Positions 9,277-18,609 of a DNA stretch of 64,000 bases are shown piece after piece; the first letter of the stretch is position 1; each line of letters begins with the position of its first letter. This DNA is from Actinomycetota bacterium (GTDB lineage: Bacteria > Actinomycetota > Acidimicrobiia > IMCC26256 > VFJJ01), in contig VFJJ01000051.1 in assembly GCA_009886115.1 (NCBI GenBank), forward strand, positions 62,001 to 126,000, given 5' to 3'. The notes beneath the pieces were generated by a model. That model was not told the DNA's origin, made no database searches, and saw nothing but the letters and a program-made list of their open reading frames with translations. A program made the position numbers and the translations under genes.

Positions 9277-10812
9277 TCAGATCGTCCCGGTCTCGTCGGT
9301 CGAGCCGGTATCACGCAGCCGGACCGGGCGCTTGCGCGGACGGGGCTCGCGCGGCTCTCGATGCTCACGGTTGGCCGCCATCGCCGCAGCTCGCTGCTTG
9401 ACGACCACGGCGAGGGGCTTGCGGTGGCGACCACCGGTGACGGCATCGCCGAGACGCTCGACGATGCCCTTGCGGACGTACTCCGATGCCAGTCCCACGG
9501 CCACCTCGATGGCCCGGGCCGACGATGAGCCGTGGGAGATGATGCACACGCCGTCGATGCCGAGCAGGAGCGCTCCACCGGTGTTGTCGGGGTCGTAGGC
9601 GCCGGCGATGCCGAGGAACCCGGGCATGAGGACCTTCGACGCCTCCCGGGTCTCGGGGCTGGCGTTCATCGTCTCACCGATGAGACGGATCATCTGGCGC
9701 AGCGTGCCTTCGAGCGTCTTGAGCGCCACGTTGCCCGTGAAGCCGTCGGTGACCATGACGTCGACGTGGTCGGAGAACAGGTCGCGGCCTTCCACGTTGC
9801 CCACGTAGCCGGGGACGGCCGATTCGAGCAGCGGCGCGGCGAGCTTCCTGAGCGCGTCGCCCTTCCCCGGTTCCTCGCCGTTGGAGAGCAGGCCGACCCG
9901 GGGCTCGTCGACGCCGAAGCACAAGCGGAAGAACTCCCGACCCATGAGGGCGAACTGCAGGAGCCACTCAGGATCGCAATCGGTGGTGGCGCCCGAGTCG
10001 ACGAGCAACGTGGGATGAGCGTTGGGATTCGGGATGGGCGTGGCGATCGCGGGACGGGCGATCCCCGGGATACGGCCGATGCGAAACAGCGCCGCGGTCA
10101 TGGCTGCGCCGGTGTTGCCTGCGCTCACCATCGCCGATGCCCGTCCGTCGCGCACGGCGTCGGCGCAGCGCACGAGCGACGACCCGGGACGACGACGAAC
10201 GGCCAGCGCCGGATCTTCGCTCATGGCGATCACGTCGTCGGCGTGCTCGAAGCTCAGCCCGACGGGCAACACGCTCGGCAGCAGGGGCCGAACGTCGGGC
10301 TCGCGGCCGATGAGGTGGACACGGTGTCCGCTGGCGACGGCGGCGAGCACGCCGGCGACGATCTCACCCGGGGCCTTGTCGCCACCCATCGCATCGACCG
10401 CGACGACCGGCGCCTCGTCGCTCGGCGACGACGACGACGGCGACGGCGACGCGGTCACCGCTCGCGAACGGACCCGCGATGCGCCCGAGCCGACACCACC
10501 GCTCGTGGCTGCGCCCGCCCGGGCCGCCTTCTTGTTGACGGCCGCCTTCTTCTTGACGGCCGCCTTGGAGACCGCGGCCTTCGTGCTCGCAGCCTTCTTG
10601 CCCGCTGCTTTTTCGGCACCGGACCTGGTGGCCGCAGCCTTCTTCGCCGCGCTCTTCACCGTCCGCTTCGTCGCGCCTGCAGGCGCAGCGCGACGACCGC
10701 TGGCCCTGGGCTTGCGTGCCGCAGCGACCTCCTCGTCGGAGCCCTCGGGATCGGCGCGCACCGGGCGCGTTCGCGCACTCCGCCGGGAGGGGAACGCCTC
10801 GCGCTCGGTCAC
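9277..10812 (-). CDS. plsX: Phosphate acyltransferase PlsX with long basic N-terminal extension (start uncertain)
   Basis: VAVDAMGGD, SAGNTGA, GNVEGRD, DGFTGNVALK, SHGSS. Confidence 0.93.
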   Translation of the reverse strand: MTEREAFPSRRSARTRPVRADPEGSDEEVAAARKPRASGRRAAPAGATKRTVKSAAKKAAATRSGAEKAAGKKAASTKAAVSKAAVKKKAAVNKKAARAGAATSGGVGSGASRVRSRAVTASPSPSSSSPSDEAPVVAVDAMGGDKAPGEIVAGVLAAVASGHRVHLIGREPDVRPLLPSVLPVGLSFEHADDVIAMSEDPALAVRRRPGSSLVRCADAVRDGRASAMVSAGNTGAAMTAALFRIGRIPGIARPAIATPIPNPNAHPTLLVDSGATTDCDPEWLLQFALMGREFFRLCFGVDEPRVGLLSNGEEPGKGDALRKLAAPLLESAVPGYVGNVEGRDLFSDHVDVMVTDGFTGNVALKTLEGTLRQMIRLIGETMNASPETREASKVLMPGFLGIAGAYDPDNTGGALLLGIDGVCIISHGSSSARAIEVAVGLASEYVRKGIVERLGDAVTGGRHRKPLAVVVKQRAAAMAANREHREPREPRPRKRPVRLRDTGSTDETGTI

Positions 10813-10881
10813 CGTGCGGTCAGACCCTCACGCTCCAGCCGACGGCACGAGACCCCGGTGGACGGCACGGGTCGGACGTCC

Positions 10882-11058
10882 TCAGACTTCGACGGCTTGA
10901 CGGCCGTTGTACCACCCGCACGATCCGCAGACGATGTGGGGCTGCTTGACCTGGCTGCACCGGGGGCACAACGAGCGGGCCGGGGCGACGAGCGTCCAGT
11001 TGCTGGCTCGGCGGCTGCGGGTCTTGGACTTGCTGACTTTGCGCTTGGGAACGGCCAT
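10882..11058 (-). CDS. rpmF: 50S ribosomal protein L32 (Zn-ribbon form)
   Basis: Manual translation MAVPKRKVSKSKTRSRRASNW...CPRC...PHIVCGSCGWYNGRQAVEV*; 58 aa, absent from the ORF track. Confidence 0.96.
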   Translation of the reverse strand: MAVPKRKVSKSKTRSRRASNWTLVAPARSLCPRCSQVKQPHIVCGSCGWYNGRQAVEV

Positions 11059-11188
11059 CGCTTGCTCTCTCCGTCGGGACTCGTCGTCGGGGCCTGGGTG
11101 CTGCGGCCTGGTACGGGTGCGCCGCGTGACCCGGCGTCAGGTGCTCGGGATGCTCAACGTGCTCGGGTTCGTCGGGTTCGTCGGGTGC

Positions 11189-11692
11189 TCAGGTGTCGGT
11201 GAACGTGAGCGAGCCGAGTGCCGCCCACCGGGGGTCGGGTTCGTCGGGGCGGCACTCGCAGCTGGTCTCGTTGCGGTCGACGCCGCAGGTCGCGCAGAGC
11301 CCGAGACATTCGAGCCGGCACAGCGGCACGACGGGGAGCTCGGGCAGGACGGTGTCGCGAACGATGGGCGTCAGGTCGATCTCGTCGCTTTGCAGCGGGT
11401 AGGTCTCGCCCTCGATCGGTCGTACCTCGAAGAACTCCCGGACGGGAAACGAGAAATCGTGGGCGACCTCGCTGAGGCAGCGGCTGCACTCGGCGGTGTA
11501 GCGGCCGCTGACCTCGACCGTCGCCACGACGCCCTCCAAGATGCCGTCGACGTGACCGACGACCGTGACATCACCGTCGACGCTGGCGGTGGCCGAGCGC
11601 AGTTCCGGCATGGGCGCGACGATGCAGACGTCGCGTCGGATCCCGGCGCGTCGAACGCAGTCGGCAACATTCAGGCGGAACGGATCGGGCAC
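11189..11692 (-). CDS. DUF177/YceD family protein
   Basis: ECSRCL, PLCRLECLGLCATCG, DPRWAAL; directly upstream of rpmF. Confidence 0.92.
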   Translation of the reverse strand: MPDPFRLNVADCVRRAGIRRDVCIVAPMPELRSATASVDGDVTVVGHVDGILEGVVATVEVSGRYTAECSRCLSEVAHDFSFPVREFFEVRPIEGETYPLQSDEIDLTPIVRDTVLPELPVVPLCRLECLGLCATCGVDRNETSCECRPDEPDPRWAALGSLTFTDT

Positions 11693-11775
11693 GGGGTATC
11701 CGGGGTGTTCGTGATGTGGGGCTCGGGCGTCACCGTCGAGACGGGACTGCGGATGTTAGCAGCGGGAACCGTCGA

Positions 11776-12345
11776 CTACTCGAAGTCCTCGACGGCGGCG
11801 ATCGCCGCCGCGCCGCCAAGATCCTGGTCGTAGGGCAGGAGGTCGTCGTCGTCATCGTCGTCGCCCGGGGGACGGGTGATCGTGAGCCCGAGCCGCTCCC
11901 GGCCGTTGGCCACGACGGCCAGGGTGCGCTCGAGGACGATCTCGAAGCTCGCCAGCCGCTGGTCGATGTAGTCCTCGGCCTCGTGGCGCATCTGCGACGA
12001 CCGCTGCTGGGCGGTGTCGACGATGTCGCGGGCGACGCGTTCGGCCTCACGCACGATCTCGGTGCGCTGCACCATGCGCTCGGCCCTCGTGCGAGCCGCC
12101 TGGAGGATGTCCTCGGCCTCGCGTTGGGCCTTGGCCTGGACCTCCTCGGTGTCCTTGAGGAGCCACCGGGCCCGCTTGAGCTCCTCGGGCAGGCGGGTGA
12201 GCGTGAGGTCGAGTAGCTCGAGGAGCTCGTCGCGGTCGACGCGAACCGAGGCCGACAGCGGGACCGCCTTGGCGCTCTCGACGATCGCCCGGATCCGTTC
12301 GAGCAACAGCTGGACGTCGCGTGCCGCCGAGTTGGGTGCCATCAC
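11776..12345 (-). CDS. Coiled-coil DivIVA-like protein (SepIVA/Rv2927c-like)
   Basis: AKAVPLSASVRVDRDELL..LPEELKRARW followed by coiled coil; position between coaD and DUF177 as in other actinobacteria. Confidence 0.75.
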   Translation of the reverse strand: MMAPNSAARDVQLLLERIRAIVESAKAVPLSASVRVDRDELLELLDLTLTRLPEELKRARWLLKDTEEVQAKAQREAEDILQAARTRAERMVQRTEIVREAERVARDIVDTAQQRSSQMRHEAEDYIDQRLASFEIVLERTLAVVANGRERLGLTITRPPGDDDDDDDLLPYDQDLGGAAAIAAVEDFE

Positions 12346-12851
12346 GAACCTCCGGTCTCGCGAGCGACGGCCTCGTCGTGAAAGCGCTCCTTGAGGCGCT
12401 GGTGCACGAGGTCGGGGACCATGCTCGAGACGTCGCCACCGAACTTGGCGACCTCACGAACGAGGCTCGACGAGAGGTACGACCACCGGGGGCTGGTGGT
12501 CAAGAAAAAGGTGTCGATCCCCGACAGGCGTTGGTTCATCTGGGCCATCTGGAGCTCGTAGTCGAAGTCGCTGACCGCCCTCAACCCCTTGACGATCGCG
12601 TCGGCGCCCTTGTCGCGGGCGAACTCGACGAGCAGGCCCTTGAAGAAGTCGATCTCGATGTTGGGGAGATGCCCGAGCACTTCACGCAGCAGGTTCTTGC
12701 GCTCGTCGAGGTCGAAGAGCGGGGTGGTCTTCTGCGGGTTGCGGATGACGGCCACGATGACGCGGTCGAAGTACTTGGCGGTCCGCTCGATGATGTCGAT
12801 GTGACCGTTCGTGACCGGGTCGAACGACCCGGGGCACAGGGCTGTGGCCAC
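12342..12851 (-). CDS. coaD: Phosphopantetheine adenylyltransferase
   Basis: CPGSFDPVTNGH, KGLRAVSDFDYE, SSSLVREVA; GTG after GGGAG. Confidence 0.97.
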   Translation of the reverse strand: MATALCPGSFDPVTNGHIDIIERTAKYFDRVIVAVIRNPQKTTPLFDLDERKNLLREVLGHLPNIEIDFFKGLLVEFARDKGADAIVKGLRAVSDFDYELQMAQMNQRLSGIDTFFLTTSPRWSYLSSSLVREVAKFGGDVSSMVPDLVHQRLKERFHDEAVARETGGS

Positions 12852-12946
12852 GAGGTGCTCCCGCGGGATGGGACGGGTTCCGTCAGGTCGGATCGGCCTG
12901 CGTACCCGTGTGGGTCGCAACCTCGAGGCGAGCGTACAGCCGGGCG

Positions 12947-13636
12947 TCACGACTCGGGCGAACCATCCCGGTCGGCTCCACCGAGGTCTGCGCTGCCCCG
13001 GTCGGCGATCGCCGGGGTCAGCTCGGCCACGACGGCGTCGCCGTAGGAGCGCTGCCAGCTGATCACCCACGGCGGCGGCACCGTGCGGGCCAGGGCCCCG
13101 GGGCCCCCTCGGGTGCGTTCGGTCGAGCGGCGCACGACCACCCGGCCGCCATCGGCCAGCCAACCGCGTTCGTCGAGTCGGGAGATCACCGTCGTCACGA
13201 TCTCGTCGTGAAGGTCGTAGGGCGGATCGGCGAACACGAGATCGAACGGACCCTCGGGGGCCATGAGCCCGCCGAGGAAGGCGATCACCTCGCCCCGATG
13301 GACCCGGGCCTGCGGCGCCAGCCGGGTCTTGGCCAGGTTGGCCTCGATCGTCGACAGCGCTCCCGGGTCGCGCTCGACGAGCACGGCCCGGTGCGCGCCG
13401 CGCGAGAGGGCCTCGATGGCCAGGGCGCCACTCCCGGCGAACAGGTCGAGCACGACCGCGCCAGGCAGCACCGGGCCGAGATGGGCGAACACCGACTCCT
13501 TGACCCGGTCGGTGATCGGCCGGGTCGTCGCCCCGGGCGGACCCTTGAGCGACAGGCCTCCGGCGCTTCCCGCGATCACGCGGAGTCCCTGTCCGGTCAG
13601 GGTGGTCGTCCTCGGTCGTCGCCTGGGCTCACGCAC
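12947..13636 (-). CDS. rsmD: 16S rRNA m2G966 methyltransferase (start uncertain: 13579-13645)
   Basis: RVIAG, TRPITDRVKE, LDLFAGSGAL, FADPPY; adjacent to coaD. Confidence 0.92.
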   Translation of the reverse strand: MREPRRRPRTTTLTGQGLRVIAGSAGGLSLKGPPGATTRPITDRVKESVFAHLGPVLPGAVVLDLFAGSGALAIEALSRGAHRAVLVERDPGALSTIEANLAKTRLAPQARVHRGEVIAFLGGLMAPEGPFDLVFADPPYDLHDEIVTTVISRLDERGWLADGGRVVVRRSTERTRGGPGALARTVPPPWVISWQRSYGDAVVAELTPAIADRGSADLGGADRDGSPES

Positions 13637-13687
13637 GCCGAGCACGATACGACGCCGGAGTCGGCCGACCCTTGGCAGACTGCGGTC

Positions 13688-14152
13688 ATGGCCCATGCCT
13701 CCGACCCCGATGGCCCGTTTCCCCGTCCGGCGACGTGCTTCGGCTGCGGCGCCGAGAACCCCGCCGGGCTCGGCCTCGACGTGGAGTACTCCATCGAGGA
13801 GGGCTGGTGCCGGGCCCCCTTCACGCCGCGGGCAATCCACGTCGGCCCGCCCGGGCTGGTGCACGGTGGGATCGTCGCCACCGCCCTCGACGAGGCGATG
13901 GCGTGGCTGGCCACGCTGCTCGGCGCGGCGGTCGGGCCAGCGGTGACGGGCTCGCTCGAGATCCGCTACCGGCGGCCGCTGCGGATGATCGACGCGCCGT
14001 TCCTGGTGGAGGCCCGCCTGGTGCGCTCCTCGGGTCGACGCCACAAGATCTCGTCGACGATCACCCTGGCCGACGGAACCGTGGCCGCCGACGCCACGGG
14101 GCTCTTCCTCACGGTGCCGCTCGCGGCATGGCTGGCCCTGGGCTCCGGCTGA
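13688..14152 (+). CDS. PaaI-family thioesterase
   Basis: CFGCG..NP.GL, GPPGLVHGG..ATALDEAM. Confidence 0.88.
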   Translation: MAHASDPDGPFPRPATCFGCGAENPAGLGLDVEYSIEEGWCRAPFTPRAIHVGPPGLVHGGIVATALDEAMAWLATLLGAAVGPAVTGSLEIRYRRPLRMIDAPFLVEARLVRSSGRRHKISSTITLADGTVAADATGLFLTVPLAAWLALGSG

Positions 14153-14197
14153 CAGCGTCGGCCGCGCACCCGGGGCCCGTTCACCTCGGGTCGCTCA

Positions 14198-15346
14198 TCA
14201 GTCGAGGCCGTACTGGGGGAGGCGGCCGGTGGGGAGCAGGGTGTGGCTGCCCGTTCCCCCATCGGCTCCGCCGATGGGGGCGGCTCCGCCGCCACTGCCG
14301 CCCGTGTCGCTCACCGTGACCCGCACGGGTTGGATGCGGTGGATGGGCTGGGTGAGGGCCTCGTCGCGCGCGATCACGTCGACGGGATGGCGCACGTCCC
14401 ACACCTCGTGCTCGAGGTACTCCTCGCCCCGCCACACCCCGAGGCCGCGACCGTCGTTCCAGCCGCCGCTGTAGCCCAGGCCGGGCATGGCGATCGAAGG
14501 CCCCATCGCCTCGGACCGGATGCTCATCGCAGACCCGTCGTCGAGCGTGAGCGCCATGGTGGCGTTGGCGAATCGCCGGGTGCCGGGCTGGAGGTCGAGC
14601 GAGAGTGCAGCATCGACGACGCGGCGTTCGCGCCGGCCGTCGACGTCACGGATCAGGCCGGTCAGGTACTCACGGCGCTCGCCCCGCTCGGCGATCTGCA
14701 CGTGGCCCGCCAGTCGCTCGGTCGAGAAGAACAAGAAGCTGAAGCAGTAGCCGTCGGCCCCGCCGGGCGGCGTCGGCCCGGTGACGGGCTCGGGGATGCC
14801 GGCGTTCTGACGGACGCCCCACGAGTGGTCGCGACAGGCCCACCACCGGTCGACGTCCATCCGGCGACCGTCGGCGAAGCTCACCGTGCCCGACACCTCG
14901 CCGATCTGGTCGTACCTCTGGTACTCCTCGGAGATCCGACCTCGCACCCGGTGAAAGTGAGGTCGCTCCTCCTCCGGGGCCATCGTCGCCTGCCAGAGGA
15001 GATCGACACCGACCGGACGGCCGTCACCCGGCTCGGCCACGAGACGCAAGCGGCGCAAGGGTTCGAGCACCTCCACCCGGAACGGTCCGACCTCGGTCGA
15101 GAACCGGGGCCGCAGGCTCCGCGATGCCCGAACGTTGTGCTGGCTGCCCTCGTGCACGACCACGAGGCCGGCGTCGCAGACGTTCATGTTGTTGTAGACG
15201 GCGAGCGTGAGCTGGATGGCACCACCCCCTGCCGGGTCGTAGGCCGCGAACCACCACCGGTCGAAGAAGCGCGGGTCGCTCGTGCCCACGTGGTCGAACG
15301 TGGACGGGATCTGGTGGAACAGGGATTCGTCGAGCGGGCTGAGCAC
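14198..15346 (-). CDS. Conserved hypothetical protein (tocopherol-cyclase/AttH-like beta-rich fold)
   Basis: SDPRFFDRWWF, RDHSWGVR motifs; last gene of the phosphotransferase operon. Confidence 0.6.
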   Translation of the reverse strand: MLSPLDESLFHQIPSTFDHVGTSDPRFFDRWWFAAYDPAGGGAIQLTLAVYNNMNVCDAGLVVVHEGSQHNVRASRSLRPRFSTEVGPFRVEVLEPLRRLRLVAEPGDGRPVGVDLLWQATMAPEEERPHFHRVRGRISEEYQRYDQIGEVSGTVSFADGRRMDVDRWWACRDHSWGVRQNAGIPEPVTGPTPPGGADGYCFSFLFFSTERLAGHVQIAERGERREYLTGLIRDVDGRRERRVVDAALSLDLQPGTRRFANATMALTLDDGSAMSIRSEAMGPSIAMPGLGYSGGWNDGRGLGVWRGEEYLEHEVWDVRHPVDVIARDEALTQPIHRIQPVRVTVSDTGGSGGGAAPIGGADGGTGSHTLLPTGRLPQYGLD

Positions 15347-15398
15347 GGGGTCTCCTGGCGGGAGGGCGGACGTCGAGGCGACGACGAGCGGCTGGCAG

Positions 15399-15851
15399 CT
15401 ACCAGCGCTGGGCGTGCCGGAGCAACTGGGCGCGTACGTCGCCCGGCAACGACCCAGGGTCGGCGGCGCCGTCGAGCACGGGCACGACCTCAGCCACCAG
15501 CGCTCGCCACCGGAGGTTCAGGGCATGCGCCGCGGGGAACGTCGGCGCACGGGCGCCGGTCGCCGTCTCCGCGCTCAGGGCGTCGAGCGCCACGCCGAGG
15601 TCGTCGGGGAGCCGATTGCGCTCCGACGCCGACGCCGACGCCGATCCCGCTGGGCCGAGCAGCGCGGCCCAGTCGTCGCACTCGGCGTAGAGGTCGGCCA
15701 CGACGGTCTCCCAGCGCTCGACGATCCACTCGAGCGCCGCGATCACCGACCGGAGGGGCTCGGCCGCGTACCGCCCGTCGACCTCGGGGAGCACGTCGGC
15801 GCCCAGCACCCGAACGGCTTGGTGGAGCTGCTCGGTGATCGTTGGTCGCAT
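15399..15851 (-). CDS. Small helical protein, DUF6285-like
   Basis: MRPTITEQL..AV..L..DVLPEV; follows the APH-family gene. Confidence 0.55.
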   Translation of the reverse strand: MRPTITEQLHQAVRVLGADVLPEVDGRYAAEPLRSVIAALEWIVERWETVVADLYAECDDWAALLGPAGSASASASERNRLPDDLGVALDALSAETATGARAPTFPAAHALNLRWRALVAEVVPVLDGAADPGSLPGDVRAQLLRHAQRW

Positions 15852-15870
15852 CGCTGCCTCGGCCTCGGTC

Positions 15871-16878
15871 TCAGTCGATCATCTGCAGCAGCAGACGCTG
15901 GATGCCCCGCGACGCCGTCCACACCCGATCGGCCCGTCCCTCGACCAACGAGCGCACACCGGTGAGCACGATGGCCGCCAGCTTGAAGTTGGCGAGCACG
16001 TTCCAGAAACGCACCGCGTCCTCGTTGACGATGAACCCGGTAGCGGCCTCGTACCGGGCGATCAGGTCGGCGCGTTCCCAGAGGCCGGGAATCAGGTGCT
16101 CACGCTGGCGCAGCGGATTGGTGACCCACCCGATGTCTTCGAGCGGATCGCCGAGATGCGCCGTCTCCCAATCGAGGGTGACGACGATCTCGCCGTCGGA
16201 CACGAGCCAGTTCCCCGGCTTCCAGTCGCCGTGCACGATGACCGTCGTCTGCGCCTCGGGGGCGTTGCGCTTCAACCAGCACAGCACCGCTACGAGCTCA
16301 GGGTGCGGCTCGACGGCCTGGCGGGCCAGGTACGTCTCCCACTCGGCGATGGCCACCACAGCGCCGAGGCTGCCGGGGTCGGGGAGAGCCTGCGCGAGGG
16401 ACGTGGGGCGCCAGTCGTGGATGTGGAGCCGCGCGAGGTGCTCGATGCCGCTGCGGGCAAGGGCCAAGCGGCGCTCGGGTGGGAGCTGGGACAGCCCACC
16501 CTCGAGCACGAAGGGGTCGCACAGACCGTCGTAGCGCTCCATCACCACCGCCGGCCGCCCGAGGTGCTCGCCCGTCGCGTCGAGCCAGAGGGCCCGCGGC
16601 GTGGGGATCGGCCCCCCGTGCAACCCTCGGAGCACCGCGTACTCCTGGGCCCGACTGGTCTCGAGCACGCTGCCGACGGGATCGCGCCGCAGGATCAAGC
16701 GCTCGTGCGCCGGGGCGCCGGTCGGCGGATCGGTCCATGTCGCGTCGAAGAGCCAGTTCTCGCGTGAATAGCCGGTGGAGGCCCGGCGGAGACCATCGAT
16801 GCGGAGATCGGCGACATCGGGCACCTGCGCGGCGACGAAGCGGTGGAGGAGCCGTTCCATCCCACTGGCGTCGTCCAC
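15871..16878 (-). CDS. APH/ACAD10-11-like phosphotransferase family protein
   Basis: GYSRE, LILRRDP, HGDWKPGN, LDWETAHLGDPLED. Confidence 0.9.
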   Translation of the reverse strand: MDDASGMERLLHRFVAAQVPDVADLRIDGLRRASTGYSRENWLFDATWTDPPTGAPAHERLILRRDPVGSVLETSRAQEYAVLRGLHGGPIPTPRALWLDATGEHLGRPAVVMERYDGLCDPFVLEGGLSQLPPERRLALARSGIEHLARLHIHDWRPTSLAQALPDPGSLGAVVAIAEWETYLARQAVEPHPELVAVLCWLKRNAPEAQTTVIVHGDWKPGNWLVSDGEIVVTLDWETAHLGDPLEDIGWVTNPLRQREHLIPGLWERADLIARYEAATGFIVNEDAVRFWNVLANFKLAAIVLTGVRSLVEGRADRVWTASRGIQRLLLQMID

Positions 16879-16970
16879 GGGCCGAGTCTGGCCCGTCGCT
16901 GGGAGATTGACAACCGCGTGCGCTGCGGGCTACCAACGCCGTGGAGTTCAACGCGTTCATAGCGGAGGTC

Positions 16971-18167
16971 ATGATGCCCGTCAATGGATGGCTCGTCGCC
17001 GACAGCGACATGCACGTCATGGAACCGGCCGACCTCTGGCAGCGGTACATGGCGCCCGAGTGGGCCCATGCCGCGCCCGTCGGGCTGTCCGAGATGGAAC
17101 GCGACATGCGGGTCAGGGTCAAGAACAACATCATGTTGCGCATGGGCCGGACGCGCCCACGGGCAAGTGTCGCGGGGCGTCCGTGGAAGCCCGAGCAAGA
17201 CAGTGCGTTCGCCCATGCCGAGGAGCGCGGCTGGGACGCCCTGTCGCAGGTGATGGCCATGGACATCGAGGGCCTCGACAGCACCGTGCTGTTTCCCAGC
17301 CGGGGCCTGTTCGTGTTGGCGCTCCAGTCGATCGACCACATCGGTCCCGACGGGCTCGAGCCCGACTTCGCGGCGGCCATCGCCGCGGCCTACAACGACT
17401 GGATGGCCGACTTCGTGCGTGAGAGCGGGGCGCCCGACCGGGTCTTCGGCGCGGCGATGCTGGCGCCGCACAACGTGCCGGCAGCCGTCGACGAACTGGC
17501 CCGCAACGCCGAGCGGGGCTTCAAGTCGGCGTTCCTCGTGCCCGGCCTCATCGACAACCGGCCGTGGCACCATCCGGTCTATGACCCGATCTGGCGTGAG
17601 GCCGAGCGCCTCGACATCGCTGTCAGTTTCCACGGTGGCGGACAATGCCACCTCAAGCCCGACTTCTCGTTCAGCGACTCGCTCGGCGACAAGCTCATGC
17701 TCTGGCACTCGTTCAACCAGCCGCTCGGGATCATGTTCGTCGCCACCTGTTTCACCTCGGGCGGCATTCTCGAGCGCTTCCCGGCGCTGCGGGTCGGGCT
17801 GCTCGAGGGCAACTGCTCGTGGGCCCCGTTCATGATGTACCGACTCGACGAGCACTGGGAGTGGACGGGCCGGTACGAAGCCCCTGAGCTCCAGATGAAG
17901 CCGTCGCAGTACCTGTTGCGCAACTGCTCCCTGTCGGTCGAGGCCGACGAGGACACCGCCCGTCACTACATCGACGAGTTCGGCGACGACAACCTCATCT
18001 TCTCCACCGACTACCCGCACGCCGACTCGAAGTTCCCCAACGCCGTGAAGTCGTTCCTCGGTCTGCCCTTCAGCGAGGAGTCGAAGCGCAAGATCCTCTG
18101 GGACAACTACGCCAAGCTCTACCGCGTCCCCACACCCGAACCCCGAGAAGGAGCAGCACATGGCTGA
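16971..18167 (+). CDS. Amidohydrolase_2 family metalloenzyme
   Basis: DSDMHVMEP, YNDW, FSTDYPHAD; ATG after GGAGG. Confidence 0.92.
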   Translation: MMPVNGWLVADSDMHVMEPADLWQRYMAPEWAHAAPVGLSEMERDMRVRVKNNIMLRMGRTRPRASVAGRPWKPEQDSAFAHAEERGWDALSQVMAMDIEGLDSTVLFPSRGLFVLALQSIDHIGPDGLEPDFAAAIAAAYNDWMADFVRESGAPDRVFGAAMLAPHNVPAAVDELARNAERGFKSAFLVPGLIDNRPWHHPVYDPIWREAERLDIAVSFHGGGQCHLKPDFSFSDSLGDKLMLWHSFNQPLGIMFVATCFTSGGILERFPALRVGLLEGNCSWAPFMMYRLDEHWEWTGRYEAPELQMKPSQYLLRNCSLSVEADEDTARHYIDEFGDDNLIFSTDYPHADSKFPNAVKSFLGLPFSEESKRKILWDNYAKLYRVPTPEPREGAAHG

Positions 18168-18555
18168 CGACCTCGCTGCCAAGGGCGCAGCCGTGCAGAT
18201 GCAGTTGTGGGGCGCCGCCGTCGCCAACGCCGATCGGCCGGCCATCCCCGCTGGTGCACTCGCGCCCGACTTCTTCACGATGGTGCGCGAGTTCTGCTTC
18301 GGCATGTTCTGGTCGCGCGACCAGCTCGCGATCCGCGACCGCTCCTTGATCACGATCTCGTTGCTGGCAGCGTTGAACCGTCAGGACGAGCTGCGCGGTC
18401 ACATCGCAGGAGGGCTCAACGTGGGGCTCACGCGCGACGAGATCGTCGAGGCCCTCATGCACGTCGCGGTCTACGCGGGGGTCCCTGCGGCTGTGAGTGC
18501 GCTCGGCACCGCGGCGGCCGTCCTCGGCCCCCCTCCGGAAGCTCCCGCTGTTTGA
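18160..18555 (+). CDS. Carboxymuconolactone decarboxylase family protein
   Basis: FG..WSR..L..RDRSLIT..L.ALNR..EL..H..G.LN.G, HVAVYAGVPAA. Confidence 0.9.
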   Translation: MADDLAAKGAAVQMQLWGAAVANADRPAIPAGALAPDFFTMVREFCFGMFWSRDQLAIRDRSLITISLLAALNRQDELRGHIAGGLNVGLTRDEIVEALMHVAVYAGVPAAVSALGTAAAVLGPPPEAPAV

Positions 18556-18609
18556 CGCACGCCGGCCGCGGTCACCTCGCCGGTGCACGCGCTCACCCGC
18601 CGAGGCACC

